A stretch of 64,000 nucleotides of DNA from Amphiscolops sp. MND2022 (lineage: Eukaryota), in assembly GCA_964187785.1 (NCBI GenBank), contig OZ076409.1, positions 41,480,001 to 41,544,000 of the forward strand, written 5' to 3'. Each line of letters starts with the position of its first letter. The first letter of the stretch is position 1. The notes beneath the pieces are model-generated. The model ran no database searches. It saw only the letters and a program-made list of their open reading frames with translations, and was not told where the DNA came from. Made by a program: the position numbers and the translations under genes. Positions 23,834 through 38,800 of the stretch are shown here, piece by piece.

Positions 23834-26800
23834 GTTGGAAAACAGCTTTTTCTCAAGATTATTTATCAAAACAACTGCTAACTATACATCGTTAATTAAT
23901 TGCAAATAATTAATGTGAGACTGCGTAAAAAACTCAAAAAGCGTCACTAATTGTTCGAATTTTTCTTCACAAATTAGTCATAGAAACAATATCAAGCAAA
24001 CCTAATGTTGATATTAGAGACTACTTGTCAACAGTATGCGCATAACTTCAAAAAATGTCATACATTGCTTTCAAACCTATCAAAATGTAGCCTATTGATA
24101 CAAATTTAGTGAAATTCAAGCATTACAAACTACCGAAACTGTCGAAGTACCATCGTGATACAATGAGTTCAAATGAGTTCACTTATTCCGGGCAATTTCA
24201 AACAATATGACTTTTAACCAATTAGTACTAAGCTAGAAACCACAAAAAACGCTCTTGCAACAACTTCCGCTTGTAAATATTCTGTGAATTTATGGTTATA
24301 GTTCATGATTGCCACACTTCATTTTTTACAGTAAGATAAACCACATGCGTTTCGTATTACGATATGTGACAGGAATTGCAGTACGAGTTGCATCGTTCAA
24401 AGGATCTTCAACCCGTTCATCGTTCAAAGGATATTAAAAACAACTTCAACCCTGGCTTGTTAGGCAAAGTGACGTCAGTCCCAGTGGCAAGAGTCCCGAA
24501 ACTGTTTATAGATAGTGAGCAAATGCATAAAAAGCTACAGCATGAAGTCAAAGGAACTATAAAAGGAGAAGAAGCCGAGCAACAGCTGTACCGATTATTT
24601 ACGGAACACTCTGGTTGAAAATATGAATTCCTCACAACACAAAAGTCTCTATTAACTTTTTATTTTAGGTCTTGTCCAAATTGAGTTTCATGGCAATGAA
24701 TCGGCGTTTCTGTTTCATTTGCATTTCATTTCTCTCAATTATATCTTGAAGTAGTTACTGAAAATTACCGTTTCATAGGAAAAAATGTAGGAACAACATC
24801 TGCTATAATCTTAAGTCAAGAATTTGAATTTGTTATAAATTTGATAGTCAAAATCTGAAATAGCAATGATTTTTCACAGTCTTCATTTGCCGGGATCTCG
24901 AATTGTTAAGACATCCAATTGGAAGTGATGACTACAATTGAGGTGATGACGAAATTGCAGTACCTTAATTTGCTAGGATCTTGACATTTGATAATCTCGA
25001 ACAGCCATGATCTAAAATTTCCAATATTTTGAACTGCCAGGATCTTCATTTGGCCAAAATTTTGAATTGAAAGGATCTAGAATGTTAAGGATTTAGATTG
25101 GCAGGATCTTGGCAGCTAGTAACGTTTTTTAGAACGCTCTCAATAACTTTATTGAGTTTTCCATATTGTCGGCCTGATTTATGTTTTTAGATTTTGCAAA
25201 ATTTTCATAACTGGAGAAGGAATACATTTGCGGTCGACAGGAGAGGCGTTTAAAAATCAATTCGGAGTAATGATTTTCCCAAACCTTGATGGTTCCCACA
25301 TCTTCAAATCCAAAGTTGCTTGTGTTGAAATTGACATGGCTCTCATTCATCCCACAAAAGGAGTTTTTGTTTTCAACGTGAAGAAGGAAGGTAGATTCAA
25401 CCGCAAACAAGTTCACTGTGACAAACAAACTGAAGGAGTCAAGAAAGATATCAAGAAACACACGAATTTCATTCGCTTGCTCATAAACTACAAATCCAAA
25501 GCCGATCTTCCAATACACTCAGTCATTTGTGATTTCGCGAGCGAAAACTCCAAATTTACTGAATTGAAGAACGAAGATTCCAGCGAAAAGGTTATCGTTT
25601 TTTCAAAAGAGGAGCTGAAAAAAAGTAATTTCGTCAAACTCTGGAGCTCTAAACTTGCAGAGATTGGATGCAAAGCGAAGCCCAGTGAGGTTGATTTGGT
25701 AGTTGCTCGTATGATAGCTCTTGCTTCCATTGAAGGAGCAGCCGTTTTAATAGGCGAGAAGATGAAAAGAGGTCTACTTCAATCCGTCTCTCAAAAGAAA
25801 CGTTTACAAACTCAATTGTGTGCAAACAACGACGAGAAATTCAAGGAAAACGTTTGCAAACTCTCTGAAATTGAACCTTTGCAAAAACATCCTGTTGAAC
25901 GCCGGAAAAACGTTTTCATTCTTTGGAGTGCAGACCAGTTGGAAGTTATTGGAAGACTATATGCTCACCTAACGAAAGAATTACCTAAAGGAGCACGAAT
26001 TTTAGTCAATGGCAGGTTTCCTAGCATATCAAGAAATAATTTGCTTCTTAACATTTCAAAAAGAAATAATCAGTGGTTGAGTATTTTTCTCATTTTCCCT
26101 GGACGAGCCAACGTTTAGACAATGGAATCACTTAATGCATCCATGATGAATTTTCGCTATCATTCAGATGGAAAGAAATAACATTATGATTGTTGATTTA
26201 TCACACAAAAGTATAAATTAAACATATCGAAATTACTATGCAGCCACTGAAACTGACCTCTAAAAGCATTTGGCTTTGAGAAATGAAAGTCTTTTGGTAA
26301 TTTAACTTTTTCGTGACAGAACACCATTTTTGCTGTTGGAAATTCCCTTCTCAGGAAACAGTTTTTTAAAATCTAAGTTCTATGGAATCCTAACTGCAGG
26401 GGGTAAAGGCACAGGAAAAACTATGTTGCTAGTTTTCCTCGCCAAAATGGCACAGATATTGCTGGAGTTGGAACACAACTTGGTGGAAAAATTTGCAGTA
26501 GAGCCACAACCCAAGAAGGATGAGAATAACAAAACGACCTCAATTTTGGTGTGTCACGGCGATCTCAGCTGTCGGAGTTTGACGACTGCACTTAAGGAAG
26601 CTTTTGAGGGTGTTGACGTCACTGTGGAGGATCTAAAATGTTAGTCCGATGCACGCATATACGTACGTTAAAGTTATATCAATCAATCAACAAGCAAGAA
26701 GGGTTTTTGTGATAAAAAACACCTCCGAAAAGATTCATTAAAATCTGAAAAATTTGATGAACATATCGTTGAGGAATTTTTATTACTGCATACAGAAGTA

Positions 26801-29800
26801 TGCAATATATCTAAATCATTTCTTGTTCAACTCTGTAGATAGTCATACTCACAAAAGCTCTATATTTTTCCAAAAAAAAAGTGCTGCACGGCTGTTTATT
26901 TTGTTGTTAGATACTCATATCAACAAAGACATCCAAAAAGTTCAACATTTCGCTTGAAACAGTTGAGAGTTAGGAACAAAAAAGTAGTAAGTTCAATTGT
27001 AGTATACAGTGAGGTGGATGCAGAATCACCAGTTCTGCTTTTCTAAAACAGTGCCTTTTCCGGATGCTCCCTATAGCAAGCTACGCCACCCTTTTAATTT
27101 CCAATTCGTCAGAGATAGTCTGCTTGTATCTGTAACGTCCACCAGTTTGGTGGCACCTGCTAGAAATTTTAAATTCAATTCCAATTGTGACATGGCCGAC
27201 CTGGCATGTGCCCAAAATCAGGTCAGAAGTCGGTGCACAAGAAAAAGAGAGATAACACCCCGGACAGAGAAAAAGAGAAAAAGAACGCCCAGAAGTCTCC
27301 GAAAACAGCTACTTATCCTCCCCAAAAGCGAGATATGACACTGTTTGCACCATTTTAATTTCAGCAGAAATGACGATATTTCGGAAGACAGAAGAGGAAT
27401 GGAACTTTCATACAAACTGTAACGGTGACCCAAAACTCGTTCCTGATGCCTTCTCGATTTGTTATTGTTGTTTTATTTTAATTTACAGGTATTTGGTGAT
27501 GTGTGATATGCTAGATCTCCTATCGTTACCACCCATGAAGCCCAATGTAATGTACTTCAGATAATTGCCTCTTTGGACCTCGGTAGTTTATAGGAAGTCA
27601 CAGGAACCTTAGGATTCGTTCTTACGTGCTTGTGGAATGTTCCCGGACTTTGAGTGTGTCGACACGTCGCCTCGGATCTCTTATAGAGGAGTCTCCTTGA
27701 CGTTAGAAATGTCCCCCTCGGAGACCATTTTTGGGACAAAAACTGATTTTTAGAGTTGTAGTAAGACCATGATCTCATGTCAAGACAACCAAGGCATTAT
27801 CGCAGCTCTAGCATGTACGTCTCCTGCTTGACGCTACAATCTGTGATTTCATAGTGACTTTCATTTTATCTCAATGCTTCTTCCCAGTTGTCCTTCCCAT
27901 TTTTGTTCTCTCCGTAAAACGTTTTCTCCCATTTTTTTCATAGCCGTACCACTGGGCTGGAAAAATACTTGAATCAAACTAAAAGTTGCCAGAGGGAGAT
28001 TCGTAATTTTTTAGAAACTAGTCTTCAAGCTCTTACCCACTATAACATGATCCTCAGATTTCGTTTTCCTTCTAGTTTTTTTTCATAAATATTTACCTTT
28101 TTTGAAAAAAAAACATACTGAATTATTCAAAAATGTGTTTGGTAGCCTGAAATGCTGATTTTATACTTCAACCACTAACTTCTCTCAACAAAAAAATTGT
28201 GCAAATGAAGAACTGTTTAAAAAGTATTGATTGAGTAGTACTCATCAGAACATCCGAAACTTGAACAGAAAACGAACAAAAGAAGGGATCTTTTTTGTTT
28301 TGTGATTTTTGTTTAGCAATTTTTGTTTTCTTTGGATCTTTTCAAAGAATAAATTCCGAAAGTTGCTACTCAGAAGCATCCTAAAAGTTCAACAAAATTT
28401 TTCAGATGTCGCTTGACAAAAGATTCAACTATATCGACATACACGTATCCCACGAGACTACTTTCATGGCAGTTTTTGGGGAAAAAACGCGGCTGAGTTA
28501 GTGTTTGGAGTGAAGTCTATGTTTTCCCTAAAATCTGCCAAAGACCTTGAGTCTTTCTTTATGAATTTCGTATTCGGCTCTTTAATGACACCATGTTTGC
28601 ATTAGGTTCTTTAGTGATTACATTTCTTAGACAACCTGACGTTCATTGCACTTAATAGTATCTCGATAGACTCTGCAAGTCTGCCGTGTCTAACTGAACT
28701 GTTTCAATTATCGATGATCCTGATCTCATTTTCTTTCATTTTTTCTTTTCACTTTCATTTTTAGGTTAATACTCAAAGTAGTGATGCTTTTCGGGGCCAA
28801 TTATCACATTATCAAGTTCTCTCTCTATGGAATTTGAATTTCAATTCCTAGCATTATGTCCATCTTGCGGTAATGAGATATTAACCTATTCTCTAGATTT
28901 TCTAGCCTTAGCTTTTTGTCTTCTAGTGGAAGGCATAAATGATAGTACAGGAGGAATATTTAATTGCCATTTGTATTTCAACTTTTGAAGTTCAACGGTT
29001 GCACATTTAACAGTATCAAATCGTATGAAAGTTGTGTGTCCTGAGTGACCGTCCAGCGTTTATTTACCCAGTAGGGCATGACATTCAGAATAGGATTGGT
29101 CATGTTTCTAAAATAGGCTTTTTTGCTAAGTATAGCGTCATCATCTATAAATAGCATCATCATGTCACTGTTTGTTTATGACTGCGGTAAGATCAAAACA
29201 TTTAACAGTCGGAAAGGGGCGTGATGACTAGACTGGTTCATCTAATGAAGAAATTACATGTGACAGCAACTTTACATCGGTACGTCCTTTCATGTAGGGC
29301 TTTTACTTGAATAAAAACTTCACTAATACACTCTGCTTTTATCCACAATCATAATAATAATACTAGCTAAATGTATACTTAGACCTGTTAGGCCGCATGG
29401 CCTTACTCGTACTTTCCCGCTGACTATGAATATATTACAGCAACAGCGAACAAAGTGTTGAATAAATACTACGCTGTGATTGGCTAATACAACGCCGAAG
29501 CTATGCTAGCTATACTGAACAGGCAGACATTTCAACTTGTTTCCTTTCTGGCTGTCACTAAAGCTTTGCTGTCTATATGATCAACTGTATTCATGCAAAT
29601 TTATCTTACATATTTTGAAAGTCAGATAAAAAACAGTTTCCAACATATTAGTTTTTATTAAAGGTATAGTCTCGAGATGGGCAATTGGTCTGATGTGGTC
29701 ATTTGTATAGAGGTTGTCATCACCCGTTGCAGCCTGCTACAGTTATTTTCCTATTCTGTATGGACAAAAGCGGAAAGATGCACTCGAATTACAAAACAAA

Positions 29801-32800
29801 TCTCACAAAAAGAAATTTTGACACGTCTTGAATAAAACTTTCCTTAGAATAACTAGTTTCTGTTTACATAAAATTGCCATTTAGCTGAGTGTTTTTGTAT
29901 TTGAGCCCTGTGGACACCCATGCCCAAAACTGCATGATATGGCCCAGGGTTTCCTGTCGGAACCGCCTTAAGATAATGACCAAACCATGCGATTTGAGAC
30001 TTTTTCATTCGGCCATCATAGAACGGCAAAACAGGAAGCTGAACAAACCTAGTTGTGGTTACAAGTTGATTATGGACTAGATCTTATAAGGTTCAGTCTT
30101 TGGTTCGTAATGTCCCGTAATTGTTTTACCAGCTTGAGTTAGTCATCAATAGCTAACATATTAGAAATCTCGAGTACATCTGAACAAACGCGCTTTTTTG
30201 TACCACATAACTAAACAAAATACTTGCGTTTTGATTGTTACAATACAAGCCATTTGATTGTTGTCCAATACTGAGTTATTCACAATTGATTTCAATTGAA
30301 GCACAAATCTTCTTCGAAGTTGAGAAAAATTGCAATAAAACGACTGCGCTTGGAAAAAATACCTGTTTTATCATGATTCAGAGTGATGAGTAACATTTTA
30401 AAAGTAGCAGGTTTGAATCTAGAAGAGTTGAATGTATCATCGTAATTTTGATCGCAAAAAAAGACGAATTCGGTCCTTTTCAACAACGAGGTTTTGACTG
30501 TTTTTCGTAAATTGAACTTTCAAAAATTGCAATGCAATGCTACCAGGGGACATGTCATTCATAATTCGAGACTAGAAAGAGCAAGCAAGGTGTTGTCTTT
30601 GATCAGCCACGTTGTGATGTCACAATTGCTCACAGATCAATGAAAACGTTCGTATCCACGACGCTACTACGTGGAAATGCTGTTGGTTCAAAAGAAGGAA
30701 TTCACGTCAACACAACGCAGCACTGTTAAAAGGCTAACAAACAATTGATATGATCTACGTCACCGCTGGTTTTAAGTTTCCAATAAGCGTTGACTTTGTG
30801 CTCATCTGACCTACGTGATGAAAAGTATCGAAGGTACATAATAGACAATGGAATATGTTTCCTCTTCAATTTAGGATTGAAATTAGGAAGGTCGCAGAAC
30901 ATTTGTGGAAGTCCATATCAAAGATCAATCCTTCCTAAATATGAAACCTAAATCCGTTTTCCTTCAGTCAAAAGAGTTAAAACTTTCCTTGGCCTGGAAC
31001 CCTGAGCGGAGACCGATTCCGATTTACTGGCCAAACATGTTAACCAATTGCTTGATAATTCCGAACTAGGAACAAGCTTTTCCCAATAAAGGACCTGTAT
31101 GTATGGTAAATGATAATTTATTACTTTTCTATGGATAAATCTATTGTGTGTTAGTAACACAGTTGATATTTTCCCCTATTGAAGGAGTTCATTTTACGTC
31201 GTAGCAACGCGTCATGTTTGAAGCTCTGTTCAGTGTTTAAGTACGTTGCTAAAAGCCAATATTGAAACGTTAAATGGAAACCTATTTCCTAGAAACCTTG
31301 TCGAAACTCTAGCCGTCATACCGCTGACTCAAACGTTAGATCAACGATTAGTTGACGCGAAATTCAAACAAATCTTATACAGTAATATTATGTTGCAAGG
31401 CCAACTCCTGTTTATGCTTGAAAAACAGTTAAAATTTCCTTCTCACTGAGAATAGTCTTATCATAATTCCTTTGCATTTGGCTAAACTGTTGACGAAAGT
31501 GCAATTTAATAGTAAAATCTTTCATATTTTGATCCAATCGTTGACAAGTCGTTGTTTGCGACGTAGTGTTGACGTAAATTCAAAATCGGTCCGTATTGTC
31601 TTTTTTGCAACGTTGTCTAGACATGTGTAATAAAATCGGCTATTTAATGGCAGCGATATTCGTGCCAGTGACGTCAACAAAATTTTTTCCAAATTATAAA
31701 GTATTGCTGGCATAGCTGTCTTGATGACGTCAAAAGAATCATTCCAATTAGTTCATCACAGCATTTTAAATTGCAGTAATCGAGTTCAAAGCGATAACAG
31801 TCGGGAGCTGGCTGTGATAAAACTACTCGGAAAAGAAAGGAGGCTTTATGTAGGTTTTTGTCATTGTACTTGTTTCTTCCATCAACGGGGATTGTTAATT
31901 TCTGACTGAAACTCGTACTTTCTTGGGTTCGGTGCTTTCACTAATTGATGCCTTGCAGATCGTTCCGCTTGCTATCACATCTAATTTGTGTTTCTCTACT
32001 GATTTACACGAACGTTCACCTATCGCAGTTTTCCTCCGGTTAGTCTGCAGATTCTCCCTTCCATTAACCTCGGTGATTCTAACCTTCATGAAGTGGCGAG
32101 CTTCACTATGTAAGTCACAACTTATCTTTTCGGGCGCGCCAAAAGATAATCCATTCATAGTCGCAAGTCTTGGCTTTTTACTGCACTCGCCCAACGTCAG
32201 CCTCCCGTCCATGAGGATGTACTCTCTGTCATTGCTCAGTGTGCTACTGATCCGGGTAAAAATTGCTACATGTACATTGAGCGAGATCTTCCACTCTCCT
32301 TTGGACTGACCGGGATGTCGTCTTTCAATTCTGTACTGGCCCAATTTATCGGCGGGTGCTTTAAGGAACTTTTTGTGCGATTTGTGTAACGCAGAAAACA
32401 CGAAAATAAAGAATGCTTGTTTTTGCTAGATAGACATTCAGTGATTTATCAGTCGACAATTAATATCGTCCGCAACATGTGACTAAAGTGGTACGCTAAT
32501 CTAGAAAATGTCAATTTGATACCAATGAGTCGCAGTTGTGCACCGTTTTCATAGTGATCGTTTTCATGCACTGCTTGATAGTACTAACGAGCCACCGGTC
32601 AGGTCAGTCAATAACATTATTGTATCGACGGAGAAATGCCAAGGTAATTCCTAGCTTGTAAATCGTGTTTTTGAGAGTGCAACATTTGCTTGGGTAGGCG
32701 AGAGCAGGACAAATGAGAGCTTCTCAAAAAAGACATCAGTGTTGTTACCACATTCCAAAGTCAATTGTCTACTCGGACTGTAAAACGTTTTGCTCTCGAC

Positions 32801-35800
32801 CGTTTTATATCAATGGATTCCACTGTTCAAATATGCTTCGAATGCTTCGTCGTCAAAGCTTCGTCTATAGTTTGGTCAAATTAAGTACCACGTGAGCTCG
32901 CAAGCAACCAGAGTAAATTATGAGTGAAACTGCGAGTTAGAAGGGAGTTTCCACTGGCTTGGAATATTACGTCATTCAGTCGTTGGCTTAGAGTAATCAG
33001 TCGCAGAAAAGTCGGTGAGAAGTTTGGGCGAACGGTGGTCGATTTTTCGGCAAAAGGTGACTTATAGAAGAGAACACTTCGACCACAACAACAAATTCAA
33101 TGGAGACACCGTTTTTGAAGTTGAAATTAAACAAAGAACGCCACGGAGAGTCACCGTTCCGTACGTTTGACTAGCTGACCAAAGAGTGTGTTCCTAGTAA
33201 AAGAGAGTTTAACTTTGGCGGCGTCAAAACCTTCTCCAGGCACTACTCTGTTGTAAATGTCATTTTGAAGTTGCTTTGACTCAGAGAGGTGTTGTTTTCA
33301 CGTAGGCTCTAGGCGTTTCCGCTTCTTTCGACGATTTGTTTTTACAGTTGGGGTTTGAGGATAAAGTTGCACTCTAGAGAAATTCGATTGCAAAATTGTT
33401 TTCCCATTTTTAACTGATGCAGAATTACAAACAACTAACTTCTGTATTGTCTCTAATATGCCTTCCTAGCATCTTTCGTTCACTCCTAAAAACTCCTAGG
33501 AATTTCGAAAACGAGAAATGTTAATGACTATATCGATAACATCCACTTCATTAAGACAATTACAATCAATCGTCATATTGTTGACACAAATTCCTAGATT
33601 TTCTCTTACTTTCGTTGATTAAGGTACCAGACAGTGTTGAAATCATTTTTGTTCAGCCATGTGTTGTTTTTGACTTGTCGTCAAATGGAAGGTATTATCT
33701 GCGTTATTCAACCACGCTAGGTGTGAGCAAATAAAATAATTTTGTAGAATGTGACCAAAATTTGACGCAGATGGGACTAATGAGAATAATATTCCGCAGG
33801 AGAATTGAACGAAGATGCTTGATGAAAGCAATGGAAAAGAATAGGAATCGTAACATCTGGTTAAACTGACACTTCTAACTATTTCACAGTTTTCAATTGA
33901 AACGTAATTATAACATTAAAACAACAACAAATATCTAATTCGTAAAAATTGACAAACGTCGTCACTATTACGTCCCAATATAATTACGATAAGAAATCTT
34001 TGTTTGACACAAATACGTAACAGCGGTTTCTGTAACATCAATTTGATGTTTATAATGCATCAGTGATAATTTGTGACGTTTGGCAATTGTTTTACACTGG
34101 GCATGTTGTAAAAACTATCGTTCGAAATCAGGTCAACGATTGATTGGTTGAAGTAAAATTTCAAACAACTCTTATACAGTAATATTATGTTGACGTAATG
34201 CCAAACCCTGTTTATGTTTGCAAAGCTTCGTTGAAATGTTCCTTCTCACAGAGAAAAATCATATTATAAGTCCAATTCAGTTGGCTAAACTGTTGACGCA
34301 AGTGCGACGTATTAGTACAATCTTTCATAATTTGATACTATCGTTGACGGTTTGTGGACGTAGATTCAAGATCAATCCTTATTGCCTTGTTTGCGACGTT
34401 GTGTTGACGTAAATTCAAATTCAGTCCTTATCGCCCTATTTGCGACGTAGTCTTGAAATGTGTTATATTATCGGCTATTTGTTGGCAGCAACATTCGTGC
34501 CAGTGACGTCACAGAAAATCATCATAAATTATAAAGTTTCCCTGGCCTTGCTGTCTCGATGACGTCACAAAAGCCATTAGTGCATCACAGTAAATTAAAT
34601 TGTAGTAGACGTGTTCAAAGCGATAACAGCCGGGAGCTGGCTGTGACATCGAGAGCAAGTTACGACAAATTGAAATGAAAATAAGGACTACTTCATGTCC
34701 ACTAGAGTGAAGTAAAAACTACTTCCTGTTCGCGGGATGGCTAATTAACACCACGGTACTGAAATATTTTCATATTCGTTGATAAATAATTGACGCAATT
34801 TTGAACTATTTCCTAATAGTTTTCGAAGGATTGTTGCCAGCTTGAACTGATTGGAAAAAAATACGAATTTTCATCTGGTGACTCCTTTTTCAGGATTATA
34901 AAAGTTGATGAGGCTGAACACATAATGCTAGGAGAGAGAAACACGAGCTGCGTTTTTGTGACTTTAGTCAACCAGTTACCCTGCTTGTAATTGTGTTTAA
35001 AACTTTTACGGTGTGAAACACAAAACCGTTTTTCAAATATGTTCACTAAAATTCAGAAAAAAAACTGTTCGAGAGGAGGAGAAAATTGTAAATCCCATTG
35101 AAGACGACAAACTAAAAGTAGTTGTCCGTGAATAAGCGGTCGCGTCCCCCATGAAAACCAAAGTCCCCAGATTTGAAAATAATGATGGAGATACTTGAAG
35201 CAACGTCGAGCGAAGAAATAACTTGAGTGATTTTGAAACTCATAGTCTATCACCAAAAAACTATTCAAAATTCGTTAGGCTGGAAATGACTACACCACTG
35301 TAAACTCCATTGAAAACGCTATATCAAGAGAAGGGTTTTCACTCCAATTAAAAACTACGTCCAAATGATGTAGTAAATAGCGGATCGGAAGCGACCCGTC
35401 AAATGTGTTTCCTTCTGAATAAGATGAGAAAATTTTTTGAACTCTCCAGATTTGGCAAACTTTATAATAGAGAATTTGAGTTCTTTGGACAAAAATTGGC
35501 GTTTCATACCTAAAAACAATTGAAAACGAAAGATTTGGTGATATCAAAAAAATGCCGAAACGTCGCGCAGTGCTAAAAACAAACCTTTGGTCTCATGTAG
35601 ATTCTACGATACCGTAAATTTATGAAAAGGTACTTCAAGGTACTTCAAGGTACTCAAATGGTACGCTTTGGCATCTAAGGGCGCGCTTTAGATCTTATGC
35701 GTACATTGTGAAAAAAATGACCATTGGGTAAGCTTCGTGTCTGTGATCTGGAGAAAACAACTAAGTGTCGTTTAAGATGGGCGTATTTTTAAAATGAAGT

Positions 35801-38800
35801 CCAGCGACTAATAAAAACGCGGCTTAGTTAGTAGTTTTTCACACCCACATATAACTTACGGCCACGTGAAATTAAAATCGTATTTTGTTAAGAGTCTTTT
35901 TCTAATAAAATATGTTTTGCTTTTTAATATAGCTATTGGGCTTCAACAGCAATTACAAAGCTTCAAGATGATACTATGCGACGAAGCCTCGAGCCGAATC
36001 ATTCGACTTTTGCTCGATAATTCGACAGAAGAGCAACATTTAATTCTCTTCACCGCAGAAAAGAAAAGAAACGTGGACCCACAACTGGAACAGTTCTTTC
36101 TCAGAACTTGCCTCCGATCCACTTCACAGTTGGCATGGTTTGCAAACACTCACCATTTGAGACAGTTGGAAAATGTCTCAGTTCACGTAGCTTTTCCATC
36201 CAAGACTTTCCACGGTGAACTCCCAGACATAAGGTGGGCAGATGAAAATTCAAACGAAAATGACTTCTTGCAGAAAAGTATCGATGCAATTCTTGAACTT
36301 GTTGCCGAACCCGGACTTGACTTCGCCATTGTGCCGTTATTGCAGAAAGATCTTCTTCAACGAATATTAGACACTCTGAGTGGAAACCATTTGTGTAACG
36401 TTGACAAAGCCCTGGTTGAGAAAAAAGGCTCTCATCGCCAAATTCTTTCAACATCTAGCAAAGATAGTGGAGTCTAGCGAAGGTAATGGAACTTGAGAAA
36501 CAATTCTTTAAAATTAATCAACCTCTTTGTTTATTGGGGATTTTTTGATAAATTGCCCGCGTTGGCTTTTCAACAAGAAACATGTAAAACATAAAATTTC
36601 ATAAACATGGAGATAGATGCAACGATGACCATTCAAAAAATAGAACTATGCAAATCTTACAACGAACATGCTAAGGTCACTATAGGATAAAACTGCTCTT
36701 CACAGTGTTTTTAATACATGGCATATCGTGAATAAATATGCATAACGTAGTTAGTTATTGCTTATTTGGTCAGATTATTGGCTATGTATTTAATATTAGC
36801 TTATTATTGGCTTCCTCAACCGAAGTATCTTTTACTACCAAAACAGTGCCCTAGTCGAGACTGCTGGAATTTTTTATATGCTGCACGTACAGTTACTTTT
36901 CATGAAATCTAGAGAATTCAAAAAGCTTCCGGTCGTACACCTTGTAGGATTGCTCTGCAGCTTGCAGTAATTAAAATAAAATTGAAAAAAAAAACATTCA
37001 ACTTCCTTGCCGACACGACCAAGTTGTATTATTAACACTTTGGCAACTGATCCGCGATCTGATGTGATCACCATTTCTCAAATAGCACGCCAAACTTGGC
37101 GCTAATTTGCAGTTTAATTCATGACTGAGGTCATTTTGCATTAAAAAGGCGGCAAGACTGATAGCAACTCAGTTGTACGTTAAACTAAAACTGTTTCTTG
37201 ATGAAACCTGCAAAACTTCGAGGCTTCAAATTTTCGGCAAAATTAGTATGGGTCTTTCAGGCAGTGAATACATTAGGGAAAATATTTTTGCATGAACGTT
37301 TCCGTAAGCGTTGTAAAAGATTATTAAACAAGTCGCTTGCAACATTAAACTGCATACGAAAAGATCAACAAGGATGAGTAAACAATCACAATGCGAATTG
37401 TTGGCATCTGATGCTGATTTGTCAATGATTATTGTGTGAAAAAAAACACAAATCGTCCAGAAAAATTGGTGTGATTGTATCGAAAGTAATAAAGTTAAAT
37501 GTAGATACTAACTTAGAGGTTTTAAAATTTATTTATTTAAGGTTTAATTTGCGTATTCAAACACCTCCAGTGTACCAGTTGCCGATATCGGAGGTTAGAA
37601 ACGCGTGAGTGTCAATTCCAGCTCAAGCTTATACTAAAGAAAGCTACTGCTAGTTGAAAGCTTCCATGTTAAATGAACGTTAACTATGATCATTCATGAA
37701 AACATGAAGGTGATCCTCATTTATGTTTTTAACGTGACAATAAAAAATTCTTCAGTTATAGCAACTTGATTTCAAATATGGAAACATTTTGTGAACTACA
37801 TTTCAGGTCAATTGGGTTTGCAAAAAAGTACCTTCCGCGTACATACATTGACTGACGTTATCTGTCACAAAACAAATCTTCTCCACATCAACGAAAACGG
37901 TACTTGAAGCATATTGTATGACGTCACCCGGATAGGCATTCCATCAAAGCACCGGTCGCCACTTTTGAAAATATTCAGTAAGGATCCAAAATTGCCGCCA
38001 CTGGTGGTCACTGGTAATCAACCGGAGTTTGGCAGTTGATTGCCAGCATGCGCAGACATCGAGATTTTCAGACGGACCGTCATGAAAAATTCCGTGAGGA
38101 ACACAGCGTGTTTTTAGCTCGTCGAAAACTTTGAACGTGACTATGTTTTTCAAAAAGCATCACTTCACGCAAATTTTGCGAAGTTTTGAGCCGCTTGCCC
38201 GGTCGTGTCGAAACTCAACGCTTTTTAGATTTTCCAGGAGCCCTACGACAACGAGGTATATGACGACTGGCATGACGTATCATCTTTAGGCAATCACTGG
38301 GGAAGCCTATGTTTTATTCAATCAGTCGCGATTGATACGCTTCTGCTAGGCTACCTCATACCAGTGTGCACGGAACTCTTGGTTTTCGCAATCACAAATT
38401 CATTATTGTAGAAGGAGGAAAATCGATCTTTGTAACGTTTTCTTTTCAATTTTTCCAAATATCCTTTTACGATTCTATTTACATAGTGTAGTTACTTATT
38501 AGGTAACTTGAAAATTGTGGAATTCTAATCACAGTAGCACAGTTGGTAGTGCTGCCACCTGGGAGACAGGAAGATGTGGGTTCAAATCCAGGCTAGCGAC
38601 TGGAACATTTTTGGGTTTCCCAAGAACTAGGTGATCAGTATATTTCTGGATGGGTTTCGAACCTCGCCTTCCCTACTTTTTGTGTGGCGGAAAATATCCC
38701 GGTATTGCAGGGGTCTTGATGTAGTATACTAAGAATACCATTTTAAATTGCCTCCTGAAGTAGTAGTTCTATGTCTTTCCGACATACGACGGCTTCTGGA

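Noticed and set aside
25228..26644. Bacterial contamination or operon for the NERD-helicase
   Set aside because: The motifs are split over phase-compatible spliceosomal introns that contain eukaryotic repeats.
27009..27790. Additional exons or a transposase in the large intron
   Set aside because: No recognisable motifs; the flanking exons already join in phase with plausible Walker A-B spacing.
28978..29163. ORF with FIDD as an RT fragment
   Set aside because: The region aligns with the non-coding part of the LTR at 1-813; chance motif.
38527..38600. Functional tRNA gene
   Set aside because: A and B boxes are present, but the acceptor stem and anticodon loop are not canonical; better explained as a SINE head.
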